The notes beneath the pieces were generated by a model. That model was given only the letters and a program-made list of their open reading frames with translations, ran no database searches and had not been told where the DNA came from. Below, one piece after another: positions 37,101-46,492 of a DNA stretch of 64,000 bases. The stretch comes from a virus. Location: the IMG/VR virus record IMGVR_UViG_3300042090_002405, positions 17,288-81,287 of that record. One strand, given 5' to 3'. The position numbers were made by a program, and so were the translations under genes. The stretch's first letter is position 1. Every line of letters begins with the position of its first letter.

Positions 37101-38583
37101 TGTTACCGTCGACGCGCACCATCGGCGCGTCTGCGATTCCAGCTCCGTAAGTCACGTCGTCCATGAACGATCCCATGGAAACGGTGGCGGAGTTCGTAAA
37201 GCTCTTACCACCGTTTGTGCTGACGGTCAGTGTGATGTCCTGGATGCTGCCGCCAGTGGCAAAATTGGATGCTAAAGTTGCCCAGTTATAGAACCCACCG
37301 CCGGCAGCGCTGGCATTTAGCGTGCCATTCTGGGTTGTCCCGCATACGCCAGTCCCACATGCGTAGTTTTGCGGCCCCGGTGCAGAGATCCCGCACGTTC
37401 CGTTAGATATCCCCGGGCACACTAGACCTTGAGGGCAATCGGCATTTGTGTTGCAACTGAAATTCAAGGATGGAGGCGGGAAACCGGAGCCCAACAACGC
37501 AGTTTGCATGTTCCCGCAAATCGAATTGCATCCACCTGCGAACAGTCCCGATCCGCTACTGAGGCTATCATCGCAGAACTGCTCCGCCGCGGTCCCGTCT
37601 TTGCCGTGCGGGCATGTCGCATCGGCGGCGGCTTGTGTAGATCCGGTACAGACACAGAAACCGGGGGATGCCGATGTGCATGTCGAAGGGGTACAAGGAT
37701 CGGTGCCGTCTGGAGTGCAAAGCATCGTTCCGGGACAATCGGATTGCACGAGACATGTCGGCTCGCCGTAGAGAGATCCGTTTGAGGCACACGTCGGCAG
37801 CGTCGGTCCTATGAGCGGTGCTGCTCCCGCCGGAGGTGGAAACGTTTGGGCCTTCGTCTGTACGTAGCTCGCGATGACAGCAAGGTCGTTGCCGGTATTG
37901 CCACTACCCCCCTTCGTGTTGTTTGCGTACGGGACTGCTGTGATCGTGCCGTTGAACGCAAAATCCCCAAACGCCGCGTTGCTCCCGTGGTCTCCACCAG
38001 CACCCCACTTCTGCGAGCAAGCATTTGCGCCTGCCGTGATTCCGTTGGCAGGACAAGCCCACTGGTAAAAATTTGGGTTGTTGGCCGCTACCGTGCTCGT
38101 AGTGGGCCCAGATCCGACACTGACCGTAGAGCTCCAGTTCGAGAACGTGGGCCCCGAAGCCGTCAGTGACGCCTCCGAAAAATGCAGTATCTGCGACCCT
38201 GAAGCGTTTGGATCGCTCACGATCCTCGTCGCGAAGTTATTGACGTACTGCTGACCCCCGCCCTTCATATTCAGGAGCGTTCCGTTGATATCTGCGCCCG
38301 AGATGAGCCCCTTCACGCAACTCGTCGGCGGGGCGCATCCGTTCTGCCCTGCGCCTGTTCCTGGGGGCAGCGTCGGGTCGCACGTAATCCACGAACCGGA
38401 GCAGTGGCTGGGGGTTGTCAGCCACGTATTGCCTGACACCCCCGTGATGAGCGGCCCCGAAGCGCCGAACATCCCCGGCGCGAGCCCCATTCGGTTTCCT
38501 GGGCCGGTGTTGCGACAACACGCCCACACCGCAGCGGCGATGACGAGAAAAGAAGCAGCTAGAGCGGCAATCTTGCGATTCAT
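34180..38583 (-). CDS. Very large Cys-rich exported/virion surface protein
   Basis: N-terminal TM; many CxxxxDCP repeats; Asp-box-like VSTNGGKSF; TWADNRNG. Confidence 0.75.
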   Translation of the reverse strand: MNRKIAALAASFLVIAAAVWACCRNTGPGNRMGLAPGMFGASGPLITGVSGNTWLTTPSHCSGSWITCDPTLPPGTGAGQNGCAPPTSCVKGLISGADINGTLLNMKGGGQQYVNNFATRIVSDPNASGSQILHFSEASLTASGPTFSNWSSTVSVGSGPTTSTVAANNPNFYQWACPANGITAGANACSQKWGAGGDHGSNAAFGDFAFNGTITAVPYANNTKGGSGNTGNDLAVIASYVQTKAQTFPPPAGAAPLIGPTLPTCASNGSLYGEPTCLVQSDCPGTMLCTPDGTDPCTPSTCTSASPGFCVCTGSTQAAADATCPHGKDGTAAEQFCDDSLSSGSGLFAGGCNSICGNMQTALLGSGFPPPSLNFSCNTNADCPQGLVCPGISNGTCGISAPGPQNYACGTGVCGTTQNGTLNASAAGGGFYNWATLASNFATGGSIQDITLTVSTNGGKSFTNSATVSMGSFMDDVTYGAGIADAPMVRVDGNTCVIGTSGCNPTPNQPANLEVVWDAANAGQQPIQYQNTGTFSIRNPGLPDPLAGPYLAEVPVDPTGSFHFTPVPPHCLNGVPCNNSYAFPVPDPANCGPIAGVSATKQNGWNEWTSASRDQNGSCQPSFAGYVQSAFGASQSTCVASQKSNATRCCAGVQCIGTATTAIAAASAGKRLPQATINVTSTAGFPAAPASILVNTSPPGIPGEQTVTCTGMTATSFTGCTGGGNGTLALGSAVTTPNTVTGQCGLVQDACLPSGQFAVDGVHQTPIATDADPSVAPINGYNSSRDANRLHFLNLDSCNLGNGTYGNCLPVQQPWQMNMAVRHKPATCGNGTQPCAPRIYLIYVGAQYPVVWNGGAAPSNQLPGNAPFLAPGSISSTRDQVTNVGLVWYLSVSDNPYHGYASDWTTYVLGKDLDTLGNPAYPLVLTSNPNNNSGANGAGSGFVPQVSLQGSLFEGLGPTPRGNGNHWYRVSMAVNPYWAGSVSSLVNGAPGNAPGEFVFVYERPVFTSTCVLGQPGCNQAQYQAAATQYRGLRAVAGQWPAATAGQVADEWASMISPSTTKPVQVLNTNYTAGVAAYGGALVVPTYDTGYGATSGIAEISGNQYGSNIAITQGSGGSNIYAAVTFHQTVRVNFPTDAGTALPTAPFTPGVGQDPIAPDAGYPQCVLAQGYGTAANNVLLNECTGYGYRTQIPTTNNGTPPATGLLGINVDCIIPTGLGFGIGCTYNTTLGYNDCTAGCNGPNGSCANCVDVPPTSSSPAEVCACGSNADCAYNGPTSQCVGGFCSGGASAPFPGAGQASCNYGNQTQDFEYQIVGFGFQVGVAPCTGGSCPHGTTTISSGSQTPAPERVLTYNTTIGDYDFGLVGVGGGKWVTTWADNRNGLDPLQANITGSTCELSTDCPPISGTGGVGACINGLCQTQNVPNVGQSITCVHNADCASNVCTGGTCQTAPGIYPQVFTATFNSSAP

Positions 38584-40238
38584 CACGCGACCTCGGTGTA
38601 GCGGTTGACACATGAAATGTGCAGCGTGACAGGCACAGCAGTGGCTGGCGCCTGTGAAATTTGAAAGAGCAATGTGCCCGTGAAGGTGCCATCATCGAGT
38701 GCCTGGAAAAGCCAGTTCCCCGTCGCCGGCTGCGCGCCCGCTGTTCCCGTCGTGGTCGTCACAGCGATCTGCCCTGGCGGTCCTGCGACGGGGAAGATGA
38801 TGGGGCCCGAACCGGGCCACGAGCACGATACGGTCGTCTCGAAGGTCGCGAAATCGGCGTAGCTTGCGGAGGTGGCTGTGGTGCTCGTGGGGCCGCTCGT
38901 GAGTGCTGCGCCATTGGCGAATGGAGCGGGGGTTGGCGTGCCGGTAAAAGTCAACGTTCCCACCGCGGCCGACGTCGGCGCGATCGTCGCAGAGTTCGTC
39001 CCATCCGTGACGACATCCCCGGGCGCGAACGCCGGGCCCGTCACGGCGCCAATGCTGATCTCATTCTGCACCTGCCCCTGCGCGACGACGGATATATCGA
39101 GCAGATAGGCCTTCCCGGCCTGGAGCTGAAACGGCCCCGGGGTCGTCCCCGACGCCAGATTAGAGGCGGCGCCGGTGTTGGTGCCAAGAAACGGCTGATC
39201 CGAGAACTGTGCGTCGCCCGGGACCGAGATGGCCCCGCCCGCGAACGCGCGCTGCGTGCTCCGCGTCGCAACGGCCTGATAGCCAGCCGCTTCTGCCGCG
39301 TCTGCGCGCGCCTGGCACTCGATGCCCCGCGCAAACGCGGCGCCCATGTTGACGGAGATCGCTACGGACTGCCGGCCGAGCGCGACATCGCCCGGCGGAA
39401 GCCCTGAAACAGGGGGTGCGATAGAGCCGGCGATGCAGTTGAAGCCCGCGACGAAGGCGTAAGCCGAGTTGGCTTGACAGGAGCCGAATGCCACGCCCCA
39501 CGAGCTCAGGACGGACGCTTGAGGGCCGTACGCGAATCCGCCGATTGCGGTCGGAGCAACAAAGCTGCCGTTGCCGCCTGCAAACGAGTTCTGCCCAGCC
39601 GCGATGTTCTGATTCCCACCTGGCACATAGGCGCCCATGCCGGCGGCGATGTTTCCGATTCCGCCCCCCACACCCGATGCGTACCCCGTGGCGGAGTTCT
39701 TGAGGCCGCCGGCAACGGTTGCGTACGCGCCGACAGTAGGATCCAAGAAGATCCCGCTCGTAGCTGTCGCGGTAGCCCCCGACAACACCCCTTGGAGGGA
39801 ATCGCCGCTGCTGATGGTCCCGCCGGTCACCCCCGCAAGGGTCAGGACAGATCCGGTATCGCTCGCGACAACCGCACTGGCTCCGGAGGTTAGATCGTTG
39901 ACCGATTCACCGACCTGAAAGGTACCGGTAAGAAGATCGTAGCTGACAGTCGCGGCGCCGGCTTGGTTCTGGTCACCGCCCCCTATCGTCGTGTAGTTCG
40001 CCGTTGCGCCGGGGTTCACCCCCGATGTGTCATTGCCCGCAGAGAAGATCCCCGTGGCGTTCGGGTTGACGGCGCTGTTCGTCCCACCGTTGCTACGGTT
40101 AGACTGAATGTCGACCGCCCCGGAGACGGTGTTGAAGACGAACGGGAGCAAGCCGATAACCCCCCCGCTGCCTACCGCCGGCGAAATCGGATAGGTGATC
40201 GGAGACTTGTTTTTTAGTCCAGCGACTACGGCAACCAT
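38583..40238 (-). CDS. Fibre/spike protein with YadA-head-like repeats
   Basis: GGxxNxAxGxxAxVxGG repeats; N-terminal GLKNKSPITY. Confidence 0.75.
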   Translation of the reverse strand: MVAVVAGLKNKSPITYPISPAVGSGGVIGLLPFVFNTVSGAVDIQSNRSNGGTNSAVNPNATGIFSAGNDTSGVNPGATANYTTIGGGDQNQAGAATVSYDLLTGTFQVGESVNDLTSGASAVVASDTGSVLTLAGVTGGTISSGDSLQGVLSGATATATSGIFLDPTVGAYATVAGGLKNSATGYASGVGGGIGNIAAGMGAYVPGGNQNIAAGQNSFAGGNGSFVAPTAIGGFAYGPQASVLSSWGVAFGSCQANSAYAFVAGFNCIAGSIAPPVSGLPPGDVALGRQSVAISVNMGAAFARGIECQARADAAEAAGYQAVATRSTQRAFAGGAISVPGDAQFSDQPFLGTNTGAASNLASGTTPGPFQLQAGKAYLLDISVVAQGQVQNEISIGAVTGPAFAPGDVVTDGTNSATIAPTSAAVGTLTFTGTPTPAPFANGAALTSGPTSTTATSASYADFATFETTVSCSWPGSGPIIFPVAGPPGQIAVTTTTGTAGAQPATGNWLFQALDDGTFTGTLLFQISQAPATAVPVTLHISCVNRYTEVA

Positions 40239-40266
40239 GTCTTATCTCCCTGTCCTATTTCCTATT

Positions 40267-41877
40267 TCAGTTGGCCAGATTGCAGAGACTACCGCCGCCC
40301 TCGACCCATAGGCACCCCAGCGTGGCGCCCAAGTTGGAGTCGGCGTTAGCGGCGCTCGCAGTGATGTTGCACGTAAGCGTGGGTGATGCGACAGTAGGTA
40401 CCCCCAGACATGCTTTGGTCTGACCGTTTAGGGTGATCCCGCCAGTCTCTAGAAACGTTGCGGCGGCCTCGCCAGCTCCGGACGGGTAAGTCACGTGGCC
40501 GTTCGATGTAACGCCTAGGGTCCCTGTGCCCCAAAGGAACGGCCCCAGAGTGGGAAACGAGTCGGAGCTGTTGAGGTTCAGCGAACCGTTTACGGTGAGG
40601 GTCGATCCGTCCAAGTACGCGGTGCCGAGGATCCCGCCGCTGACGTTGATGAGATTCCCGTGGCCCTGCGCGAAAATCACGTCGTTCGTAAATTGTCCAT
40701 AGTTTGGCGTGATGTTGTACGAGTTCCCGGTGCCAAAAAAGCCCGCTGAATAACAAGTGCCAGACGCCTGTAGGCCTGTGACAATAGACGTATTCGAAAG
40801 AGGGCCGCCATACGACGGCAAGACGCCGCCGAGGATTGCCGAGTTGATGAATCCATTTCCTACGAGAGGGCCGGCGTTGGGCGTTGCCACGTAGACCGGA
40901 TAGTTGCTCGTACTCTCGACGAATTCGGTAGCGGCACCGATAGTAATCCCGGCGAAAACATTCGTCGTCGTCGGCGTACGCACGCCGATGTTGTAAAGAA
41001 CGAGACCGTTCGCGAAGGTTGATGTGCTCTCGCCTTGCACTACGGCTCCGGCTGTGGCGATGTTGATTTGCGGCGTCGAGTTGATCGTGACGGTGTCCCC
41101 CGTCGTCCATACGTCTTGCTCTTGCGGATTCTCGCAGTTCTTGAGCTCCGGCGGGGATATTGAGATTGCGCTTGCCGTCTGGCTCATCAGCCACGTCGTG
41201 CCAGACACTAGCTTGTAGAGCCATCCTCTAGAGGCATGCGTTGAGTTGATGACGAGTAGCCCAGGTGAAAGAGAGCCCGCATCGGCACCAGCAAAGGTCA
41301 CCTCGAGAAGCTGCGGCGTAGATCGGTTCTTTGCGGCCACGACCGTGATGGTGGTCGTCTGCACCGTAGTAAGGGCCCCTTCGAGAAGAACGCTTGCACC
41401 CGATTCGAGGAAGTACGGCCCCACGTACCATACGTCAGAGTCGCTCGTGTTCGAACTCATCGCCTTGATCGTCGTGTTCTGCCGGATGCGCGGGCTCATC
41501 GTGCCCCATCGCGCAACGATCTGCGTATACGAAAGGCAGGGGCCGTCGGCGATCCCGGGAATCCCCGACGTGCACGTCGACTGTCCGCACGTGACATTAC
41601 CGTCGCTCGCGCATCCGGAGGTATTGCTGGGATCGACGTACCATGCCGCCTGGCTCCAAGAGCTCGGGCACGTAGGTGCCCCGCCATCACCGGGAGCTGT
41701 CGAGCACAGAGGGGGAAAAACAACAGGGGGCGGCAGAGCGTTTGCCGCACCGAACGTCTGGCCATTCGCGCCGGCCGCAGGGGCAGTTTCGATGGCGGTA
41801 CGTTGGCCGTAGATGCTCACCACCAAGGCGAAGACAGCGCACCCCAGAACGAAAAACGAAAACTTCTTCGACATCAT
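40267..41877 (-). CDS. Membrane-anchored beta-helix-like surface/spike protein
   Basis: N-terminal TM; WYVDPSN..ASDGN...PCLSY motif typical of beta-helix spike N-termini. Confidence 0.7.
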   Translation of the reverse strand: MMSKKFSFFVLGCAVFALVVSIYGQRTAIETAPAAGANGQTFGAANALPPPVVFPPLCSTAPGDGGAPTCPSSWSQAAWYVDPSNTSGCASDGNVTCGQSTCTSGIPGIADGPCLSYTQIVARWGTMSPRIRQNTTIKAMSSNTSDSDVWYVGPYFLESGASVLLEGALTTVQTTTITVVAAKNRSTPQLLEVTFAGADAGSLSPGLLVINSTHASRGWLYKLVSGTTWLMSQTASAISISPPELKNCENPQEQDVWTTGDTVTINSTPQINIATAGAVVQGESTSTFANGLVLYNIGVRTPTTTNVFAGITIGAATEFVESTSNYPVYVATPNAGPLVGNGFINSAILGGVLPSYGGPLSNTSIVTGLQASGTCYSAGFFGTGNSYNITPNYGQFTNDVIFAQGHGNLINVSGGILGTAYLDGSTLTVNGSLNLNSSDSFPTLGPFLWGTGTLGVTSNGHVTYPSGAGEAAATFLETGGITLNGQTKACLGVPTVASPTLTCNITASAANADSNLGATLGCLWVEGGGSLCNLAN

Positions 41878-44330
41878 TGCAGTACCCACGCTGTGCCTGT
41901 GTAGTAGAGGGTCGCGCCCCCACCGGCGGGGATAGACGCGAGAGCGCCGGTGCCGGCATCGAGGACGGTCAACGTGTTTCCGGAGTCATCGGTCCGCGTG
42001 ATCCGTAGTGTCTGCGCAGCAGGCCCGGAGTCGAGAAGCGTGATTGTCGTGTTCACCGCAAGGGACTTGACGGTGTACCAGTTGCCGCCTTGCGTGTAGC
42101 CGGCGGTCGCGCCCGCACCGGTGATCGACAAAGACACCGCACCGCCCGCGGGATTGTTGATTGCTGCGCCTGGGACAGGCCCTGCGAGGTAGCCGCCCAC
42201 TACAACCACGACAACGTTGGCCGAGTAGCTCCCGCCTTGAGCGATAAAGGTGAGCCACGATTGGCCGTCGAATGTGGCGACGGTGCCCGGCGCTCCTGAC
42301 AGCGCAGTCGCCTCTTCGAAACGCGTTCGATAGAACGTGAACTGCGTCGCGACGAGGCTAGGCGAGTCGATCTGGCAATCGTCGTAGGTCTGCGTCGTGG
42401 TCGTCGTGATCGCGACGGTGTCCAAAACAGAGCATCCCGAGACGGCCTGGACGCTCCCACATGACAAGTTGGTCGAGACCCAATTCACGTCATTGGAGAG
42501 TCCTAGCTTCCACGTGGGTGACGCGCCGGACGTGACGACGAGCTGGGTGTCGTTGTTCTCCACGAGGAGCGCAGAGAAGTTCGTTGCGCCGGAAACGTTC
42601 AAGGTGCTGTTGAGAAGCTCGCCGTCCTTGAGGAGGAGAGCGCTTTGGCACGAGCCCGGACCGTCAGTGACGGTCATCGCCATCTCGTTGATGGCCAGTG
42701 CTTCAAAAACGAGGAGCGCTTGCGAGGGGATAAACGCCGTGACGCCGTTGGCCCAATTGACCGTCAAGCCGGTCATCATCACGGGCCCCGTGAATGTCGG
42801 AGCCGCGGGGAAATTGGTCGAAGTGATCTGGATCGATCGACATGGAGGAATCGTCCACGTTTGTGGATCTGGGTCCCACACGTCCGCCGCGGTAGGGGCT
42901 ATCGATCCGACCTCGAACGTGGCCGCATCGTCAGCACTCGTCGGATCCCCTAGCGTCGCAAGCCACGCTTCGGGACTAGAGTACGGGGCGCTCTCGGTGC
43001 CGTTCTGAAAAGCCGCCGGCACGAGGGTATTGCCGTCGATCCAACGAAATCGCGCAAGAGGGACCGCGCCGCCGCCATCCGAAGACTGCCCAAAGATCTG
43101 AAGAACCCAATGGCCGCTTTCAAAATATACTACGACGCTCCCAGGCCCCGTCAGGGTGATAATCGTACCGCTGCCAGCATCTAGGATTTGGAGCTCAGCG
43201 CCCTCCGTATTGTCGGTGCGCGTAAAGCAGATCGTGTCTCCTGGATCGGCGGTGTCCGCCACCGTGATGGTGGTAACGCCCTCCGCAAGGGTTGGGATGG
43301 TGTACCAGTTGCCGCCCTGTTCGTATCCCGACGAAGCACCGGTGCCGATGATCGAAACGGTCACCGATTCCGTAATATTCGCGCCGGGTACTTGCCCCGC
43401 GAGAAAGCCGCCCGTGACAGCGACGATCGTAGAGCCGTACGTGCAATCCGCGTCTTGAAACGCCTTCCACGAGATGCCGTCGAACTCCGCGGTGGGCGCG
43501 GAGAGTACGCACGCTTGTGACCAACTCGTCTGGTTGAAAAAGCACTGCGCCCCCGCCGTTAGACCGGGCGCGCCGATAGACGCTCTCGTGTAGTTCTGGT
43601 TGCCGCTCGTCGTGATCGTACCGCTGTCAGAGACGATCGAATCCTCTGCCTGCAACCCCGCGCAGGTTAGGTTCGTAGAGCTCCATTGACTCCCCTCTTG
43701 AAGCGTGAGCGACCACGTCGGAGTAGCGCTGGACGTTACTTGCAGCTGCGCTTGGGTGCCGCTGATGTCGAGAATCTCGAAAAGAGCCGCTCCTGTCACG
43801 TCGAGCGTGCCTTGCAGGTTGCTGCTACCGAAGATCAACGCAGATGGGGCGGATCCAGCCGCGTCCGTGATCGTCATCGTGAGGCCGGAAATGTTGGCGT
43901 TCTCGACGATGAACGTGGCGATCGTGGGCACGAACGCCGCCGGGGCGTTGTTCCAATTGATTGTCAGTGGTGCGAACGACGGCGCCACCATGTTGAACGC
44001 CATGAGGATGACGTTTCGGCTACTGGGTACAGTCCACGTTTGCGGATTCGGACTCCACGCATCCGCTGCAGCCGGGGAGATGACGCCTAGCTCGGCTGTC
44101 GATGCGTCGTCGGTGCTCGTCGGTGCGCCCAGCGTGTTGAGCCATGCCTCGGGGCTTTGGTACGGCGTCCCGGGTGCGCCGTTCTGCATCGCAGGCGCGA
44201 CGGTCGTGTACGCGTCGATCCATCGTAGCCGCTTCAGCGGAACGTCCGAGAAGGGACCGGAGCCGCCCATGCCCAGCGACCTCTCGTAGGTGAGAGGCGA
44301 TCGATTCTTGATGCCGAGAATAGAGCCCAT
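41874..44330 (-). CDS. Spike protein made of two tandem ~390-aa copies
   Basis: VPLxRxRWID..QNG...PYxSPEAWLxTLGxPTS occurs twice; N-terminal GIKNRSPLTY. Confidence 0.8.
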   Translation of the reverse strand: MGSILGIKNRSPLTYERSLGMGGSGPFSDVPLKRLRWIDAYTTVAPAMQNGAPGTPYQSPEAWLNTLGAPTSTDDASTAELGVISPAAADAWSPNPQTWTVPSSRNVILMAFNMVAPSFAPLTINWNNAPAAFVPTIATFIVENANISGLTMTITDAAGSAPSALIFGSSNLQGTLDVTGAALFEILDISGTQAQLQVTSSATPTWSLTLQEGSQWSSTNLTCAGLQAEDSIVSDSGTITTSGNQNYTRASIGAPGLTAGAQCFFNQTSWSQACVLSAPTAEFDGISWKAFQDADCTYGSTIVAVTGGFLAGQVPGANITESVTVSIIGTGASSGYEQGGNWYTIPTLAEGVTTITVADTADPGDTICFTRTDNTEGAELQILDAGSGTIITLTGPGSVVVYFESGHWVLQIFGQSSDGGGAVPLARFRWIDGNTLVPAAFQNGTESAPYSSPEAWLATLGDPTSADDAATFEVGSIAPTAADVWDPDPQTWTIPPCRSIQITSTNFPAAPTFTGPVMMTGLTVNWANGVTAFIPSQALLVFEALAINEMAMTVTDGPGSCQSALLLKDGELLNSTLNVSGATNFSALLVENNDTQLVVTSGASPTWKLGLSNDVNWVSTNLSCGSVQAVSGCSVLDTVAITTTTTQTYDDCQIDSPSLVATQFTFYRTRFEEATALSGAPGTVATFDGQSWLTFIAQGGSYSANVVVVVVGGYLAGPVPGAAINNPAGGAVSLSITGAGATAGYTQGGNWYTVKSLAVNTTITLLDSGPAAQTLRITRTDDSGNTLTVLDAGTGALASIPAGGGATLYYTGTAWVLQ

Positions 44331-44357
44331 GGATCCCTCGTTCGCCCGCGCTTGGCC

Positions 44358-44861
44358 TCAGACGCTCACGACTTCGACGGTAAGGCGCGCCGACGGCGAA
44401 ACGGAAGGCGGTTTACCCAAAACCGTCGCGCTCGTCGCTCCGTCCTGACAAATCGCGTCGAGTTGCACCGTGTAACTACCTGTCGAGGTCACCGGCACTT
44501 CGAAGACACGCGTGACGGTCTGGCTCGGCATGATAATCGTCGAGTTTTCAACACCGTCCTGAATAACCGGAGGTCCGGGGGGTTGAGATATGAATATGCC
44601 CGTGAAGATCGTCCCATTTCCAGCGATGGAGGTGTAATTGACCGTCGCATGGACGATGATCTTCTGCCCTGCGGCCGCAAGGATCCCAGTGATCGTCACG
44701 AGGGGCGTATCGACGGAGTCGCTAACCGTGATCGTGTCCGCCCCGTTGTCCCCGTAGTACGTCGCGACGAGTCCCGGCGGTACCGCCATCCCCGAGCCCA
44801 CGGCGGGAGATTGCTCATAGGTGCTCGGGGAGCGATTTTTGGTGCCTGTCAGGTAGCCCAT
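44358..44861 (-). CDS. Short fibre/vertex protein with a C1q/BclA-CTD-like beta domain
   Basis: N-terminal GTKNRSPSTY followed by a beta-sandwich pattern. Confidence 0.7.
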   Translation of the reverse strand: MGYLTGTKNRSPSTYEQSPAVGSGMAVPPGLVATYYGDNGADTITVSDSVDTPLVTITGILAAAGQKIIVHATVNYTSIAGNGTIFTGIFISQPPGPPVIQDGVENSTIIMPSQTVTRVFEVPVTSTGSYTVQLDAICQDGATSATVLGKPPSVSPSARLTVEVVSV

Positions 44862-44992
44862 CGAAGATCCTTTTTCTTTCTTGCCGTGATCCACTGCACG
44901 AAGCCGTGTCGTGGCAGATCACGGTTTGAGAGTCAGGATCTCGACGTCGTCACGTTTTGCTTGCTGCCGATCGACTTTTGAAAAACTCGCGT

Positions 44993-45469
44993 TTATCCCG
45001 GGTACGTAAGAACGACTCCAACGTCCGTGACATCTGCTCCCGCAACGGTCCCGGGGTTGTTGGAGATCGGGCTCAAGAGACTTGCGCCTAGTGGGAAAGT
45101 CAGCACGGTGACGTTGTACGGAGAGCCGTTCGGCAACGGGTCAGAAAACGTGAACGGGCCGTTTGCAGTGAGTGTGAGATCGTCTCCGCCGTTGATCTGC
45201 AAAACGAGCGGACCTGTCCCGGTGTCGTATCCCGACAACGTGCCCCCCACGGTGAACAGGTCAGCCGCCACTACGGAGGCGCGTAGCGAGATCGCTTGGT
45301 CTTTCGGCCGCGATGCGTTCGACCATCCACTGTACTCCGTGTCGTAAACCGAGCCTGTGGCGACGAAGTTCGCGAATTCGCGGTACACTGCCTCGTCCAT
45401 GAGCTGGCGCGAGCAGCCGTTTTCGCTAGCGCCTCCCTTCGCGCGAAGCGTGGTCAACTTCCTTCTCAT
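44993..45469 (-). CDS. Protein with an Ig-like surface domain
   Basis: FTVGGTLSG..LVLQINGGDDLTLTANGPFTF...YNVTVLT.P, a repeat domain common in bacterial surface proteins. Confidence 0.7.
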   Translation of the reverse strand: MRRKLTTLRAKGGASENGCSRQLMDEAVYREFANFVATGSVYDTEYSGWSNASRPKDQAISLRASVVAADLFTVGGTLSGYDTGTGPLVLQINGGDDLTLTANGPFTFSDPLPNGSPYNVTVLTFPLGASLLSPISNNPGTVAGADVTDVGVVLTYPG

Positions 45470-45756
45470 GACACTTTCTCCTCTTCGCCCGGGTCTCCGA
45501 GCAGCTTGAGCAAAACCGCATCTGCTAGCAGCGCAAGAAAGCTCGTCGCCGCCCCTACGACCGCTGCGTCCCCTATGCGGCCGAATCCTACGGTGACAAT
45601 CCCGCTCGCCCCCGCCGCTGCCCCAACCCATGTACCGGTGCACTGACTGCACTCGAAGAGGGCCGGGAAAAGCCGTCGGATCGGACGCGCGATCGTGCTG
45701 CGCACGACGAGGAGCGTCGCGCCGATCAGCGCGGAGAGGAGGAGGATCGAGGTCAT
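45466..45756 (-). CDS. DUF1360-like membrane protein
   Basis: LFECSQCTGTWVG between TMs. Confidence 0.65.
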   Translation of the reverse strand: MTSILLLSALIGATLLVVRSTIARPIRRLFPALFECSQCTGTWVGAAAGASGIVTVGFGRIGDAAVVGAATSFLALLADAVLLKLLGDPGEEEKVS

Positions 45757-45941
45757 CGGCGTGCGGAGAGCACCTCGAGAAGATGCGCAGCTACAGCGGG
45801 GCGGAGTTTGATGATGCCGACCGAACCGGCTTCGGCATCGTCGTCGGTGAGCTCGACAGAACCGTCCTCGAAGAGGCGTATTTTCGGACAGCGCTTGTAG
45901 CCACAGCACATTGTCTCTCCGTGGATGACTTTCGGGTTCAT
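45753..45941 (-). CDS. Small hypothetical protein
   Basis: CCGYKRCP motif; coupled. Confidence 0.55.
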   Translation of the reverse strand: MNPKVIHGETMCCGYKRCPKIRLFEDGSVELTDDDAEAGSVGIIKLRPAVAAHLLEVLSARR

Positions 45942-45946
45942 CGCTT

Positions 45947-46492
45947 TCACCTTCTCCTTCCGCCGCCGCCGCCGCCCGAGAAGACAGCGCCCATCGCCAA
46001 AAACGCAGCGACACCCACGCCACCCAGAACGAGCGTGCTCTTCTTGAGAAACCACGGCGAGGGCTCCTCGATCGGTGCCGCTGGTGCCGCCTGTGCCGTC
46101 GCGACTGGCGCCGCAGAGGGCCCGTCCGCGGCCGTACCGCTGTCAGCCGGATGCGCCTTCGATTGCGTGTACTCGTGCTTTGAGCTGCGCTTCGCCGTTA
46201 CGATTCCGCCGCCGCAATTGCTCTGCCCATGCCCCGCCCACCACGATGGTCGCGGATGGCAACCTGCCGGGGCACCCGGGGATACAGCTTGCGCGGCCTT
46301 TGCCGTGGACGCGCCGTACTTTCCATCGGGCGTGAGCCCCGCGGCCGTCTGGAAGTTGCACACGAGCTGCACGTTCGCGAGGTCGCACGGATCTACCTGT
46401 GCGAGTGTCATGGCGAACGCTTGCGATGAGCCCGTGTCGTCGCCGATCCCGACGGCGCGGACCGCGCGCCCGTTGTACCGAAGAGAGAACAT
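45947..46492 (-). CDS. Peptidoglycan-binding, C-terminally anchored virion membrane protein
   Basis: FQTAAGLTPDGKYGAST (PGBD); C-terminal TM followed by RRR. Confidence 0.7.
   Translation of the reverse strand: MFSLRYNGRAVRAVGIGDDTGSSQAFAMTLAQVDPCDLANVQLVCNFQTAAGLTPDGKYGASTAKAAQAVSPGAPAGCHPRPSWWAGHGQSNCGGGIVTAKRSSKHEYTQSKAHPADSGTAADGPSAAPVATAQAAPAAPIEEPSPWFLKKSTLVLGGVGVAAFLAMGAVFSGGGGGGRRR

Noticed and set aside
44884-44923. Intergenic hairpin as ncRNA or terminator
   Set aside because: A stem is present (CCGTGATC/GATCACGG) but there is no U-tract on the coding strand and no family resemblance
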